Shown: positions 1-12,208, numbered from the stretch's first letter. The stretch: DNA of 49,822 nt from Phoronis australis (GCA_002633005.1 NMRA01001141.1:1-49822); one strand, 5' to 3'. Notes: a model not told the origin generated them from the sequence alone. Numbers and translations: made by a program.

Positions 1-3000
1 TCTTCTGTCGACTATTAGGATTTTTGCATAATATTTGTATTATTTTTAAATTGTTACTGCTACCAGTCGATTGAGCTGGTGTTACCTTTGTGTCTATTGG
101 CTTTGTATGGCTTACTGTTAGTTATTATTAATCAGGTTAAAGTCAGTTATTATGAGATTGTTAAATATGCTGTTACATCCTTTTTCTTTGATACAGTTCA
201 TGGTTCCATCTGTTTTATTAACTTTAGAATTTTTGACTTTTTAAACTCGAGTTCCTATTTTTACTCAGGACTGGTGTTGAAAATGCTCGAAGAACAATTG
301 TTTTACATTCCATCAGCCTTCTTGCATAACTTTATATAGTTTGAATTGAGAGCAATTTGTATACTTATGCATTTGTTTTATAATTAATATCAAATATGAA
401 AGTGATTTTTGTTGTTTTCACTTCTGACTTTCCTAATTTTACCCTACAGTCCAATAGACCAAGTAGTGGTGTTTTTCCGAAGTTATTTCAGCTGCAGCGA
501 TCTTGTGTTATTTTTGCAGTTTGTAGTTGGTTATTTTTACCTTGACCTTGTCACTGTATTTCTAACTTGACTACTGTTCATCCGTGCGCTGGTTGCGTGT
601 CCACACATGGAGTCGCGGTTAAGCCAAGTTCAGAACAAATTCAAGACTAAAGCCCGGTGCTGCGGGCCGTGGAGCAAATATATCTTGCGAGATCATGGTA
701 GCCTGTTGTGAATTTGAGACCATTTCCAAGCAGGTGAGAAATGCGCCGTGTGATTGTCGTAAAAACATGAATCTAGTGTTATCAGTGGCATATTGTGAAT
801 GTGGTCTGCCAATTTTGTTTGGCCGACATGCACGTTGATGGCTAATAAATCAAATGTAAAGAACAGGAATCGACGGCATCTTTCCCGCGAAACTAGAAAA
901 CAACTTACTTAACATAATTCACGGACTTGTTAAATCAACTATTTCACACAAATTAATGCGTCCCTCTTATACAACTCTATTGCGCATTCAGTGGTTTTCA
1001 GGGTCGTAGATTTACTATAGACGCAACTTGTACCCGAACAGGAAACCCCTATTTATAGACGTGCTGCGCGCACGCATGGATGCCCTAGGGTTCCGGACCG
1101 GATTCAGTCTCCAAACTCAAGACTCAAACTTTTAAGAGATTTTAAAAGATTTTCGTCTTCTCAAATTCATTTTCGTTGTATTTTAGACTAGTTGCGCTCT
1201 ACACGTACCAAAAAAGGGAAAAGGGGGAGCGTAGCATGCGCAGGCACGGGATGCAAAACAGTGAATTGGTGGTTAAGGAATAGCCCAAGATAACCGCCTT
1301 ATAAGGGGCGTGTGGAAAAACACTTGTGAAGAGGAGTAACGCTGTTTTTTTTCGATCATCATTTTTCGGGAATACACGGGTCTACATTTTCTTTTTTTGG
1401 CATTGGAAATTTTGCCTTGACCGACGAAGTTAACTGGCTCTAATGCTTTAAAGGAAGAATGAGACTCGTCAGGGTCCTGGCACCACGGCTCTACGTTTAT
1501 ACGTTGTCTGTGACTTTATTAGATAAATCTGCATGTGCACGTGTACCTTTCAGATGTTTTGTTATCGTCATTGTTTCGCTAGTGTGTTTAACTATAATCT
1601 GAGTTCAATTGGAGGCTGATTTGATTCTACCTCTTGGTCTACATCAGGCGTATGTACGTCTACTGACTTCGTCATTTATTTGACGTTTCTGCAGGTACTT
1701 TGCCACCATGGCGCAGATTTCATCAACGTGCAATTCGCAGTCAGTTTCGCTACCATTGGGCGGAACGATGCTTAGAGCGTTTGCAATTTCAAATTGGCGC
1801 GGAGGTGATTCAAAGCATACATTTTACGCGTGTTTGTGACAGATCATTCCAGCAATATGTGATGATGCACGTGATCGAATGACTCATTGTGTGGCTCGTC
1901 TTCGATAAACTAAGTTGGGTTCGCTTGATTTCAGTCCTGGGCTCTCGGAACCTGCTTTTTCTTCGCTCTTGCTACATTTAACAATTTGTTTCATAAAAGA
2001 CCATGCTAGTAGTTGTTCAATGTCTTGGTCTTCTTTGAACGCTTTCAGCCTGCTGTTCTCGGAACCACTGACTTTTTCGTCTTCGACATGTTTCCGCTGT
2101 CATATTGCTGATTTCCAGCATGACCAAAAGTTTTAAGTTGTTTTCCACTATTTTTCAAAATTAATCTATCTCTTGTGTTCTCGCTTGAACATTTATTTGT
2201 AAAACTAATTGCGTACTTCTACCAGGTGTGTTTTTGTAGTTCAAGTATAAGAAATTCTTGACATGATGGAACAAACGGCCGTAGATATTCATATCTAAAA
2301 ATGGTGTCTATGGAACAAACCTTGGCAGACACAGGTTACTGTAACATGCAATCACATGCTCGACTGTATATTTAGCTCATGTTGTGAATCAGCACAACAT
2401 GTATGCCTGTTAGTGATTTTTACTTTATTTTTTATATTGCGTTATCTACTTTTGTTATTCAGTTTGCTATTCAGTTCATATCTTTATATGTTAGTGTTTT
2501 CATTTATGTTTTCTTAATTCTTTTGCGGACGTTTTGTGCTATGCTTATGTCTCGCTTGTGTGTTTATTTGTTTTCATTTGTCTTGGAGTTTTTCTTGTAT
2601 TACCTGTACTTTTTTGAGCTTAATATAAAAGCAAAAACTAAGAGCACTTTTACGCGCTTGAAACCTTTATCGGTTATAAGGAAGACTTGAAATACGAAGG
2701 AAGTACCTATTAAACATATCAGATCAAAACAGAGTACAATTTACTGTGTACAAAAACCACTGAAACGCGCACGATGTTCTCTTCGTTCTGGATCAGTGAG
2801 TAGCAAACGATCGACTAGAGATAATTTATATAAATTGACGGAAATTTTCACAATTGAAGACGAAAATAGATAGTTCCCGTCCGTCTGTTCGTCGCCGTCC
2901 ATGTCCGCCAGAGTGTTAGTTTCATCAGTTTTGGTAAGTTTTGAATGAAAATTTTGATCTATTGAAATATCAATATGCCGATAGTTTCATGGGAATGGTA

Positions 3001-3635
3001 ATACATACAAAAATAAATCATTTGGTGTCCAATCCTATTGCTTGTCCATGATTTTGTGGCCTAGATTTTTCTTGACACTCGGCTCCCGGCCGAGTCAGTC
3101 GAGTTCACCACACACTTGACGCGTAACCCGTTCGCTAAATATTTGTATTTACAGAACGAGGCACGCCTGAGATGTTAGTTTCAATTGGAACACAAGTTTG
3201 CCTAAGTTTTAAAAATCAGAAACCTTACCTTTGCTTTGGGCTGTGATACAGTCAGTGTGCCAGACCAAAGATAGTGATAGTGACCGTGACGTGACCACCG
3301 TCCGACCTTAGTCAGAGACGATGAAGCTCCTATCGGTGCTGGAAGCTGGAAATACACACTGATTCAAATATCAAAGTCATGTTATTAACCTTAGAAGCCG
3401 TCGGTGTCTTTAATTCCTTCTAAGTTAAGCAAATACTCCTGAAAAATCGAACTTTTTAGACCTTCGTTAAGTTGCCCAAATCACCAACGCCTAAGGCCAG
3501 TAGAGACTGTGGTCAATGTCCATAGTGAGCCTATTAATAATAATTACTCTCTGTACTAATGTTTGTAATGTTGTGAAAGTGCTTCCGGTGTTCAAGTCAT
3601 GTATGAGCCTCTGTTAGCCACTCGCTAACGGGCAA

Positions 3636-3714
3636 TTGCCTATTAATTAGCTGAATGGTTAGCACGCTCGCCGGTTAAATCGGGGTTGCTGGTTCGATTC
3701 CCAAGGTCGGGCAA
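3636..3714 (+). ncRNA. tRNA-derived (Asn-GTT-like) Pol III cassette in the 5' LTR; not a functional tRNA gene
   Basis: A box TAGCTGAATGG (3648-3658), B box GGTTCGATTCC (3691-3701), TTGCC/GGCAA acceptor-like pairing. Confidence 0.7.
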
Positions 3715-3990
3715 TCTCGGCTATTACAATTGACATGGTCGGCAGGAGGACCTTAAAGCGAGGCAATCTTGGGGTTCATCTGTCGGGCGGCTATTCTGGG
3801 AGGTAAAAATCCAAGAGTAAAATCTTGTGACGTAGTCCAGGAGTAAAATCCTGTGATGAACACAGGAGTAGAATTCTGTGTTCACTTGCCAGGTGGCGCG
3901 CTTGTTCATAGGAAAGGGGGAAATGTTGTGAAATGTGCTTCCGGTGAATCATATTATATGAGCCTCTGTTAGCTGCTCGCTAATGGGCAA

Positions 3991-4065
3991 TTGCCTATTA
4001 GCTGAATGGTTAGCACGCTCGCCGGTTAAACCGAGGTCGCTGGTTCGATTCCTGAGGTCGGGCAA
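3991..4065 (+). ncRNA. tRNA-derived (Asn-GTT-like) Pol III cassette in the 3' LTR; not a functional tRNA gene
   Basis: A box TAGCTGAATGG (3999-4009), B box GGTTCGATTCC (4042-4052). GGTTAGCACGCTCGCCGGTTAAACCGAGG resembles the D/anticodon arm of eukaryotic tRNA-Asn (GGTTAGCGCGTTCGGCTGTTAACCGAAAGG). Confidence 0.7.
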
Positions 4066-4098
4066 TCTCGGCTATTACGACAGTAATGTCATCAATAA

Positions 4099-6298
4099 CA
4101 GTGTTCTCCCTGACCGCTTTTAACGTGTCGCAGCATCCTGTTTTGCCAAACGCGCGTCCTGTTTAAATGTCCCGCGTCCTGTTTAAAAGTTTCACCACCA
4201 GTTTAAAAATTTCATGACCGGTTTAAAAAATGGGGACCAGTTCGTAAATAAGGCGTCATCATCGTTTAAAATAAGGTCTTCACTAGTTCAAATTACGCTT
4301 GACAGCAACAGGTCATAGCCCTTTGAAACTGAATAAAGGCTCCGTGGTGAGTTGCCGAAAGCCTAACCACCGATCTCACTCAAGCGGCAGACCGGGCCGC
4401 TAGGCTATTTATGGTGCAAGGCGGCTTGTAAATAATCTCTCAATCATCTTTTCAATTCATCTCAGACAACTAGTCATAGTCATTTGAATTTAAACAAAGG
4501 CCTAGTGCCATCTATAAGCCTAATTCACTAGGCCTACCTGCTCAGTGGAGGTGCAGTCCGGCACGACAGTCGCTGATTGTTACGTTAGTCCTAATCGCTT
4601 TTGTAGTCATCTTTTGTTTTCGGCAGACAACTGATCACATAACCCTTTGAAAATTATTTAGACTCAATGGTTAGTTCTGCGAAGTCTAGCTAGTCAGCAG
4701 AAACACCTTTGCATAGGAGTTTTTACAACAGCCGTCTTTTGGGTGGCCAAAATTTTATTTTCGTAGTGCATTTTTCAATATTCCTTGGGCCCCACGACAT
4801 TACCAGCACCAGTCCCAACAAAACTGCAGACGCTTTGATGACTGTCATTGGTTGTTGTTTGGTTATTTCTCACTTAGATGAACATTATTGGTTACTTTTG
4901 GTGCCACCGGTCCATCGAGAGCACGGAATTCATCTCATTGCCTTATAAGGAGTATTATATTTGTGAGCGTACTCCTTCTGAAAATCTGCCTAACAGTTCG
5001 CAACAACTTCGTTTGCGGGCGTGCGTCACATTTCCGGTTTTGGGGGAGTAATCAGAGATTTGGGACAGCTAGTGATGTCGCTGGGTAAAGTTCAAAACAT
5101 ATGTCTCGCTTTGAGAAATTGTAGCCAAAATCACGTGCTCTCATTGAAAATATATGGTGATATCTCATGCAATCTCGCAAAGTCTTGTTTTCCTTGCTTG
5201 GTCCTTACGTTATTGAACTCTATCCTGGCTTCCGTTACCGATTGACATGCGCATTCTACATACTTAGTAATGTCATCTGCCGTGGGAAGGCATAGAAGGA
5301 CTGCTAAGGATTATTTTGAAAACGGAGAGATATTTCGGATACTGATGTTGACTCAGATGCAGACAGATAATCCAGATCGGGATGGTGGTGATAATGCCGT
5401 GCTCAGTCAAAGAATCGCAAATTTCCATGTTATGAACAGTGGACCGAATTTTTGCTGACAACATCCGACATCGGCATTCTTAGTCTTACAATTCTCTCCA
5501 ACTTGAGTTGAGAATAGATGGTTCTCAGCTAGAACATTGAGTTTGTGACAATCGAGAAAATTATGTAAATTCCATAGTTGCAAGCTTTTGACAGCCCAGT
5601 CAACATCTTTTTAGAAATATTGGTTTTTGTCAACAGGCCTAACACTCCCGTCCAAGTAAATGGAAAACACACGTGGATCGTTTTGTTTGTAAAACTCTAC
5701 CTAATTTGTATTCATTGGAGGGATATTGTGCAATTTTTTGCAAGAATTCTAATAGTGCAGAAGTTTAAGGTTGTATCAACTTCAAAACATCGGATTCAAA
5801 CAAAAAAAATGCAGGCTGAGGTATTGACCCTCAGAATGCTGTGGACGACATTGGACTGAGAGAAAACATAGACTTGCTGCCAAGACATAAAATTGCGACT
5901 GGCTTTAAAGAGTAACTTCACTTGTCCTGTCTACTTCGTGGGAAAAGTTTACTTTATCTTAAACTTTTTGGACTTCGTTGACATTGAAATCATAAGTATT
6001 GAGTAAAATATTTCATTCTGTTTCAAACACGTCTGTAGGAGTGTAGACTTCCATTTCAAAGTTGTCAACTAAACAAATGGGTTATGTGATATGTTTGTAC
6101 ATAAGTCCACCTTTTAAAAATAAAAAGTTGAACAAACCGTTATTTGTTTGCAATACTGTGCATTACTGTTAAAGTGGGTGGGTAAAAATAAGGTGCACAC
6201 TAGCCTACGGAGAACGTTGACCACTGTGCGGTTCCGGCATGTTTGTTGCAGTTTTTACGCATGCGACCCGTTTAGATATTCAGATGTGGAGAACACTG
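4099..6298. mobile_element. Degenerate hAT-like DNA transposon
   Basis: Terminal inverted repeat CAGTGTTCTCC (4099) / GGAGAACACTG (6288-6298), with subterminal inverted similarity and ~20-bp CCTGTTTAAA-type subterminal repeats at 4135-4270. No clean 8-bp TSD. Confidence 0.55.
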
Positions 6299-6514
6299 AA
6301 TAGTGATTGACTGAAAACCGTTGCTCGACAAAACATCAAGCAAAGCTAGTACATTCGAGTAGAACTGGTTTACGGCTGGATGCCACCAAATTTTTGTCTC
6401 CATTTAACTGTCAGTTACCTGTTGGTGTAGTCTCTAACACCAGTGACACCCTTGACGATTACTTTTGAAACACGTTGTTCCTCAGGTTCTTGACCTACGT
6501 TCCCCTTGCAGAAA

Positions 6515-6638
6515 ATGGCCTCCCAGAATGTTTTACAACGTTTACAACAGAGGGCAGAAGCAGCAGAAGCACTGTTATCCACCTTAAAAAAACAGCTCAA
6601 TGTAATTAGATCCTCCACTCAGGCTAATGGTCTAATAG
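6515..6638 (+). CDS. AIMP1: AIMP1/p43 coding exon 1 (MASQNVLQRLQQRAEAAE...)
   Basis: Resembles the AIMP1 N-terminal helix. Acceptor ttgcag just before the ATG; donor G|gtatgt, phase 1. Confidence 0.9.
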
Positions 6639-7002
6639 GTATGTTGACCTTGAAGTATTGCTGCAGATTGGTTCTCTCATCTATCCATACTTTCTAATTT
6701 CTCAATACAGTACTCCTTGCTCAAAAATCTCTATGGCATATTATTGATAAAAAGTTACTGAAGGTGGCACTGTGTATCAGGCAAGACCATGCCATTGGTT
6801 TTCAGCACTTAAACATTTTATTAGATTTCTTTGGTCCTGCGTATGAGGACCGACCTATAGATGTAGTAAAATCTATCACAGTGAAGACTGTCTATAACAT
6901 TTCAACACTGAATTCTTCCCAGGTATATAGTATTAGCTGAAAATAGGAAAAGTAAAAGTTACCTTGAATGTAGAATTATTGTGTTATTGCTATTAAATCT
7001 AG

Positions 7003-7116
7003 ATACACGTGCATGCGCGGCTGAGGAGGCCCGGCTGCGTGATGAAAACGAGGCTCTGAGGCAGGAGGTGGCAGCCATGAAAGAGAGGCTAAACCTTGCA
7101 GAAGTCATGAATGGCA
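7003..7116 (+). CDS. AIMP1: AIMP1 coding exon 2 (coiled coil, EEARLRDENEALRQEVAAMKERLNLAEVMNG); missed by the ORF track
   Basis: Acceptor tctag, donor A|gtaagt, phase-compatible with neighbours. Matches the AIMP1 EEKKLRVENAKLKKEI...AEIQNG segment. Confidence 0.9.
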
Positions 7117-7468
7117 GTAAGTAGCTTACAGTAAAGTTCGAGTCATGTCTTTAACTAAAAATGGAAGGTTACAAACTGCAACGTTGGTATTCATGCCAGA
7201 ATTTAGAACCCAGAATTTAGAAGCCAGTCACAATTATCGCCATTTTCACTTGTGTAAGGAATCAAAGGTTGCTGCTACTGTAAAATCCTGTATTTTATGA
7301 CCTGGCCTTATCTTTGAATAAAAGGCCTTGGCAGTCATTATTTTACTTGTGTTTTCTGCCAATCAGCCGTGACTCAGTGCAATGCTAAGCACTGAAAGTA
7401 ACTACTGTAACCTTTGACTAAAATCATTCCTTAAAAATAATGGTAAATGAAAAATGGTTTTACACGTA

Positions 7469-7715
7469 CTTCAGATATTAATGGCCACTAGGTGGGGTGG
7501 TGATCAGGATATTTCAAAGAATCCAGGTTAACTTATACACTCCCTCGTCTCTGATCATGACACTGACATTCTTCCAAAACGAAATCCAATTAGCCTCCAG
7601 GAGAACTAAAAGAACCAAGGAGTCTATTTGAGGTCGAGAAGAGTGAGGATACAAGTTGTACAGGGTTTGTAATTACCTGATCAGCACTCCACCTAGTGGT
7701 CATTTGTTTCTGAGG
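7469..7715. mobile_element. MITE in AIMP1 intron 2
   Basis: ~40-bp TIR: CTTCAGATATTAATGGCCACTAGGTGGGGTGGTGATCAGG versus CCTGATCAGCACTCCACCTAGTGGTCATTTGTTTCTGAGG. Confidence 0.7.
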
Positions 7716-8791
7716 ATGACTGCTGTAAGAAGCCAAAACTGTCAAATGTAATATGCACATAACTAATTGTGTATGAAGAGTTCAATTTTACTGTTTTTTT
7801 CACACCCAAGACCCTCGATATCTTGGTACTGGAGCGAAATACCCACTCCATTTTCCTCTGAAAAATCACACAAAATTGTCCTCATCAGGACCCTTACAAT
7901 GATTCAAAATTCCTGTCACAACTAGAATCACATTTAACTCGCTCAATTCCTCAAATTCACAGTGTTTGGGAGATTTCCCTTCACTCAAAAAATTCCCGTC
8001 AGAAGGCACACGTGCCTTTCCTCTCGAGTAAGCGAGGGCTCTGACATCACTAAGAATTTGACAAATAATCCACTGCTTGGGAACATGTTTCTTTGAACGG
8101 AATATTTATGTACCTTTTTGGGGTTAACATTGCCTGAGCTTGAGAGACAAGCAAAGAAAGGACAGACAACTTGTTTTTTCTCTTAATTTTTTTGTTTTGT
8201 TTTTTGTTCTATTTCAAGGGAGAGGTGTGCCGCAAATTGTGTGTTTTGTACACTTTTGAACATAGTGATAACTGTGAACAGTCCCTTACACTTTTCTGTG
8301 AAATGTAGACTCGACTGTTGGTTACAGTAATTTTCCAGCCTGTTTTGTTGGCGCATTATCACACCATTCTCTGTTTGCCAATAGGCTTTGACATACGGTT
8401 TTATAAAATTTAATTCAATTCAACCTAAACGTCACAAAGGCATCTGTTGCTCTCCACACACTTTTCTGGACAACCTGTTCAGAGCAGTCATCAGTTTTTA
8501 ACTCATATTTTAATACATAAACGTTCATAATTGTAATGCTGTAAATCAATGTGTTGATATGGTGTAAGTAGGAATTATTAATCGTTCCGTGTGCAGTGTG
8601 CAGGTCTTATCGCATTACCCATTGTTAAGTCTGAAGAGATCTCTGTCCCGACTGCAGAGGCTCAAACCTGGGACTTTGTGCTAACCTTGAATAAAGTGGT
8701 ACCAACACATGAATTTCTACAGAGGAATGTGATTGTTTGTAGTGCAGTCACTTTTAAAATGAATCAAGAAGTTGCTAACGCTGTGTTCCAG

Positions 8792-8974
8792 TAAAACAAG
8801 TGTCTGTGCCCATATCTGCCACAACGGCTGTGAAAGTGGATGCTCCAGCAAAGAGTAATGTTGTGGAGACTAACACTGTTGTAAAAAATGACACTGGAAG
8901 TCAACCTGCTGAGAAAAACAACAAAAAATCACATCCCCAGAAACAGCCAAAGAAGGAGGCAAAGGAAAAGAAAG
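8792..8974 (+). CDS. AIMP1: AIMP1 coding exon 3 (IKQVSVP... Lys-rich linker)
   Basis: Acceptor ttccag, donor G|gtgaat. IKQVSVP matches AIMP1 VKQIPFP. Confidence 0.88.
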
Positions 8975-9934
8975 GTGAATAATAAAACTGCGTTTGTTTC
9001 TGTTGAAAGGTTATTCCTTCTCTAATTCCTATTTTCCCGAAACTTGGAAACGTTGAAATAAGCATGTTTTCTCTCAACCCAACTTGTTTCTACCATGAAA
9101 TTGAGTTCACGGGATAGATGACTGGCAAGGCTGTTGCCACAAGTGGCCCGCTGTTAGAAATGTTGGCCAAATGCCAAAAAATGTTTTGCCATTTTGACAC
9201 TCATTTTTACTTGCCAGTACCCTGAACTGTCTGTTTGAGGGTGGAAGTTATTTTCCCCACTCTGTAGGGAGGTTTGAGGCATGCTTTTTTGCTTGGTTTA
9301 TAACTTACATTTTAGATGCTGATTAAAGAGGAAATGGAACTTAGCTGACCAAAAAGGGAAATCAATAATTAGAACGTGGCATCTGACCCCTACAAAATGG
9401 TGGATTTCTAGGAATGTCAAAAGTATTAGTTTCAGATGGTCAAACCTCACTGGACAAGCTACATTTCTATAAAACCATACTTGTATGTGTATGAGGTTTT
9501 TTTACCTTTGCGGAAATCCATGAGAGATGAGTGGTTTTTCTTTAGTTATTGAGCGCATGTGTTCGAGTACAGACCAGAGTCAGCACGTTTTTTTGGCCTT
9601 ATTTCTCAATTCCTCTTGTTGAATTTTAAAACCTATGCTGTCATGACTAGGAACATTTTAAGTGCATCTGGATAGACTTAGCTAATTTCTAGATGGGAAA
9701 TTTAGAGCAGCTAGTGGAAGGAAGTGCAGCTTTAAATTCGTGTTTGTATCTCACAATGTTTCACTTGGAATTATAGCCATGTACGATCTTCTCATCTAAT
9801 AGGCAGCTCACCACTGGTTTGCATGGAGCTACCTTCGTCAACGCAAGTGTCAATTCTAATTCATACTTTTCTAACAAATAATCCTTTCTTCGTGAACCAT
9901 CTGGTGAATGACAAGTCTCTTGATTTATTTCCAG

Positions 9935-10128
9935 GTGACTCCAAACCCAAAGAGCCGCCAGCGGCTGCAGAGGTGGACGTCTCACGACTGTTGTTCAAGG
10001 TTGGTCGCATCATCGACGTGTCTAAACATCCAGATGCTGACGGCCTCTATGTGGAGCAAGTAGAGCTGGGCGAGGCATCGCCGCGGACCATCGTCAGTGG
10101 ACTTGTGCAGCACGTACCCATTGAGGAG
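9935..10128 (+). CDS. AIMP1: AIMP1 coding exon 4 (start of EMAP-II/Trbp OB-fold tRNA-binding domain)
   Basis: [43 protein letters not shown]; acceptor ttccag, donor GAG|gttagt. Confidence 0.95.
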
Positions 10129-11117
10129 GTTAGTGTCCACCGATTTTGCTTTCAATATTGTGGAAATGTGCAATTTTCCGTTGTCATTTTTATCAGAAAT
10201 AGACATTACAGTTGAGCTACTTTGATTGGTCAAAAAGGGCCGGCTTAAAAATAGATATGATATTAATGAAGTTATTGATCGTGTCTAGTATATTGGGCAT
10301 GCCAGTGTCTATTGCCTTGGGACATACCATTTCACACAGTGGCGAGTGTCAAATGACTTGACTTAATTTTGCAATCCTCGCAAAAACAAGAGTTGTGCAG
10401 TAAGGTGAGGTGACACTTGTTCCAAGGGCGATACTGAGGTTGGAATGGAGTTCCTATATGTTGTTCTGGTTTATTTCATCTTTCTGTTAAGTAGGTCACT
10501 TTTGACTCGACAATGTAGCACTCACTGTAGTTATTACGCTTCTTGTTTCTATGGTATTATTGCTGGAATGTTGCTCATGCATGGTATTACGGCCTTCTTA
10601 AATTGCTTCATTCTCATTTGATCTTACTTTAGCGCTCAGCATGACTTTCAGAAAAGTCTTTCCTCATTCCCAGTGTGGTTTGTGCTGTACAGGTACCACT
10701 AAACAATAAACAGTTGGTTATCAAATTTTTTCAATTACTCCTTACAAACAAGGTAGCCGGCCTTTGAAATATAACGTGACTATTTTGATAAACTGTGTAA
10801 ACTAGTTAAAGAACTGTTGTGCAGTCCTACACAAACTGCTACTAAAACATGTCTGCAACAGGTGTGAGTCTGAATTTTTTCAAGAGTCCTGTTTCAGTCT
10901 TCTTTATTACTTCTTAAGTCCTTTATGTCTTCTTGGGATAGGATGAGACTATTGTCATCCTGACCTTTTCTTTTAATCTTAGACTTGTAGACCTGTTTTA
11001 GCAGCTGTCTGGATGAGGCTGTGAGACTTCACTTGTTTGAGGTATCGTGAAAATTGCAGTGCTTTTAGGGATATGACCATTGTGATAGTGAAGAATGACC
11101 GTGTTTTCTTGGTGCAG

Positions 11118-11286
11118 ATGCAGAATCGTCTTGCCATTTTCTGCTGCAACTTGAAGCCAGCCAAGATGAGAGGAATACTGTCACAAGGCATGATCATGTG
11201 TGCTAGCTCGGCAGAAAAGGTTGAAATAATCAATGTACCTGAAGGAAGCATACCTGGAGACAGGATCACATTTGACGACTATGCAG
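11118..11286 (+). CDS. AIMP1: AIMP1 coding exon 5
   Basis: MQNRLAIFCCNLKPAKMRGILSQGMIMCAS motif; acceptor gtgcag, donor G|gtactg. Confidence 0.95.
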
Positions 11287-11980
11287 GTACTGCTTTTTGT
11301 CCTCGCTTATATTCATTTTTTAGAATTTGAGTGCACGGCTGCTGGCTTGCAGAAGTTTTAGGGCAGTCTGTCAGGGCAGCAAAGTTGGTAACTTTATAGA
11401 AGTGTTTTGCCAGATAATATTGGTCTCTAGAATTGGGACTGGTTTCACCATCTACTGCAAACATGCAACACTTGACTATGAAAAGAATATTCATGAGATG
11501 TGTACTGTAGTTTACAGGCACTTTGCACTATTGTGAAATTACTTGTTCTCCAGCTAGGTGGCAGTAAAGGCCAATAGTCTTGTACGAGGCAAAAAAGTGA
11601 CCAAAACATTTTCTTTGATATGATTTAAATGAGTTTAAAATACTCTGCTGTTTAACACAATCATGAAGTTTGGCTTAGCAGCAGAATGTTCGGTTGCTAT
11701 TGTAGAGCAAATTGGTTTGTTTATATGCTACTACTAATTCTTGTAAAGTTCCTTTTCTCACCGAGAATGCCCTTTAAGATAATAACCATCACAGCAGCTG
11801 TAATGTTCCAGCCTGACATATGCACATTGTGGGTAAATGTTGATGAATATAGATTGATGGTGTAGTGCTTGGGGAGCACCCTTTTGCTCTAAATTAAGCT
11901 TAATATGTATAGGAACAAATTCATCAATGGCAGAAAAAGTGGAAACAGAAGAGAGTATGAATTTCCATTTCATATTTTAG

Positions 11981-12147
11981 GAACACCAGATGAGCAGCTG
12001 AATCCTAAGAAGAAGATATGGGAAAAAGTAAAACCCGATTTGCAGACAAACTCCGATCGTGTGGCCACCTACAAAGGATGTCCATTCAAGATTGAAGGAA
12101 AGGGATTTTGCATAGCACCGACTGCAGCTAACTCTGCTATTCAGTAA
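11981..12147 (+). CDS. AIMP1: AIMP1 coding exon 6 (terminal)
   Basis: GTPDEQLNPKKKIWEKVKPDL...TAA. The six exons total 951 nt = 316 aa plus stop, in frame. Confidence 0.95.
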
Positions 12148-12202
12148 ATGAACATAGTGTTGGGGAGGCATGCAATTTTCAGTGGTTGCTAAAGAGGCTC
12201 TG

Positions 12203-12208
12203 AATAAA
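12203..12208 (+). promoter_or_regulatory. Candidate AIMP1 polyadenylation signal
   Basis: AATAAA about 55 nt after the stop codon. Confidence 0.55.

Larger units (their letters stand above)
3569..4082 (+). mobile_element. TRIM-type non-autonomous LTR retrotransposon with tRNA-like sequence inside both LTRs (Helenus-like)
   Basis: Two ~160-bp direct repeats, 3569-~3728 and 3924-4082, both starting TGTTGTGAAA and ending in CA. 4-bp TSD GTAA (3565-3568 / 4083-4086). PBS-like TGACATGGTCGGCAGGA (3731-3747) matches 14/17 of the complement of the tRNA-Ser 3' end (TGGCGTAGTCGGCAGGA). PPT AGGAAAGGGGGAAA at 3910-3923. No coding capacity between the LTRs. Confidence 0.88.

Noticed and set aside
79-2690. 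Short hydrophobic ORFs at the window start
   Set aside because: Products of T-rich low-complexity sequence, with no splice-consistent gene model or known motif.
3636-4065. Two functional tRNA-Asn genes
   Set aside because: Anticodon and acceptor stems are imperfect and both lie inside LTRs with PBS, PPT and TSD; they are element-borne tRNA-derived sequences.
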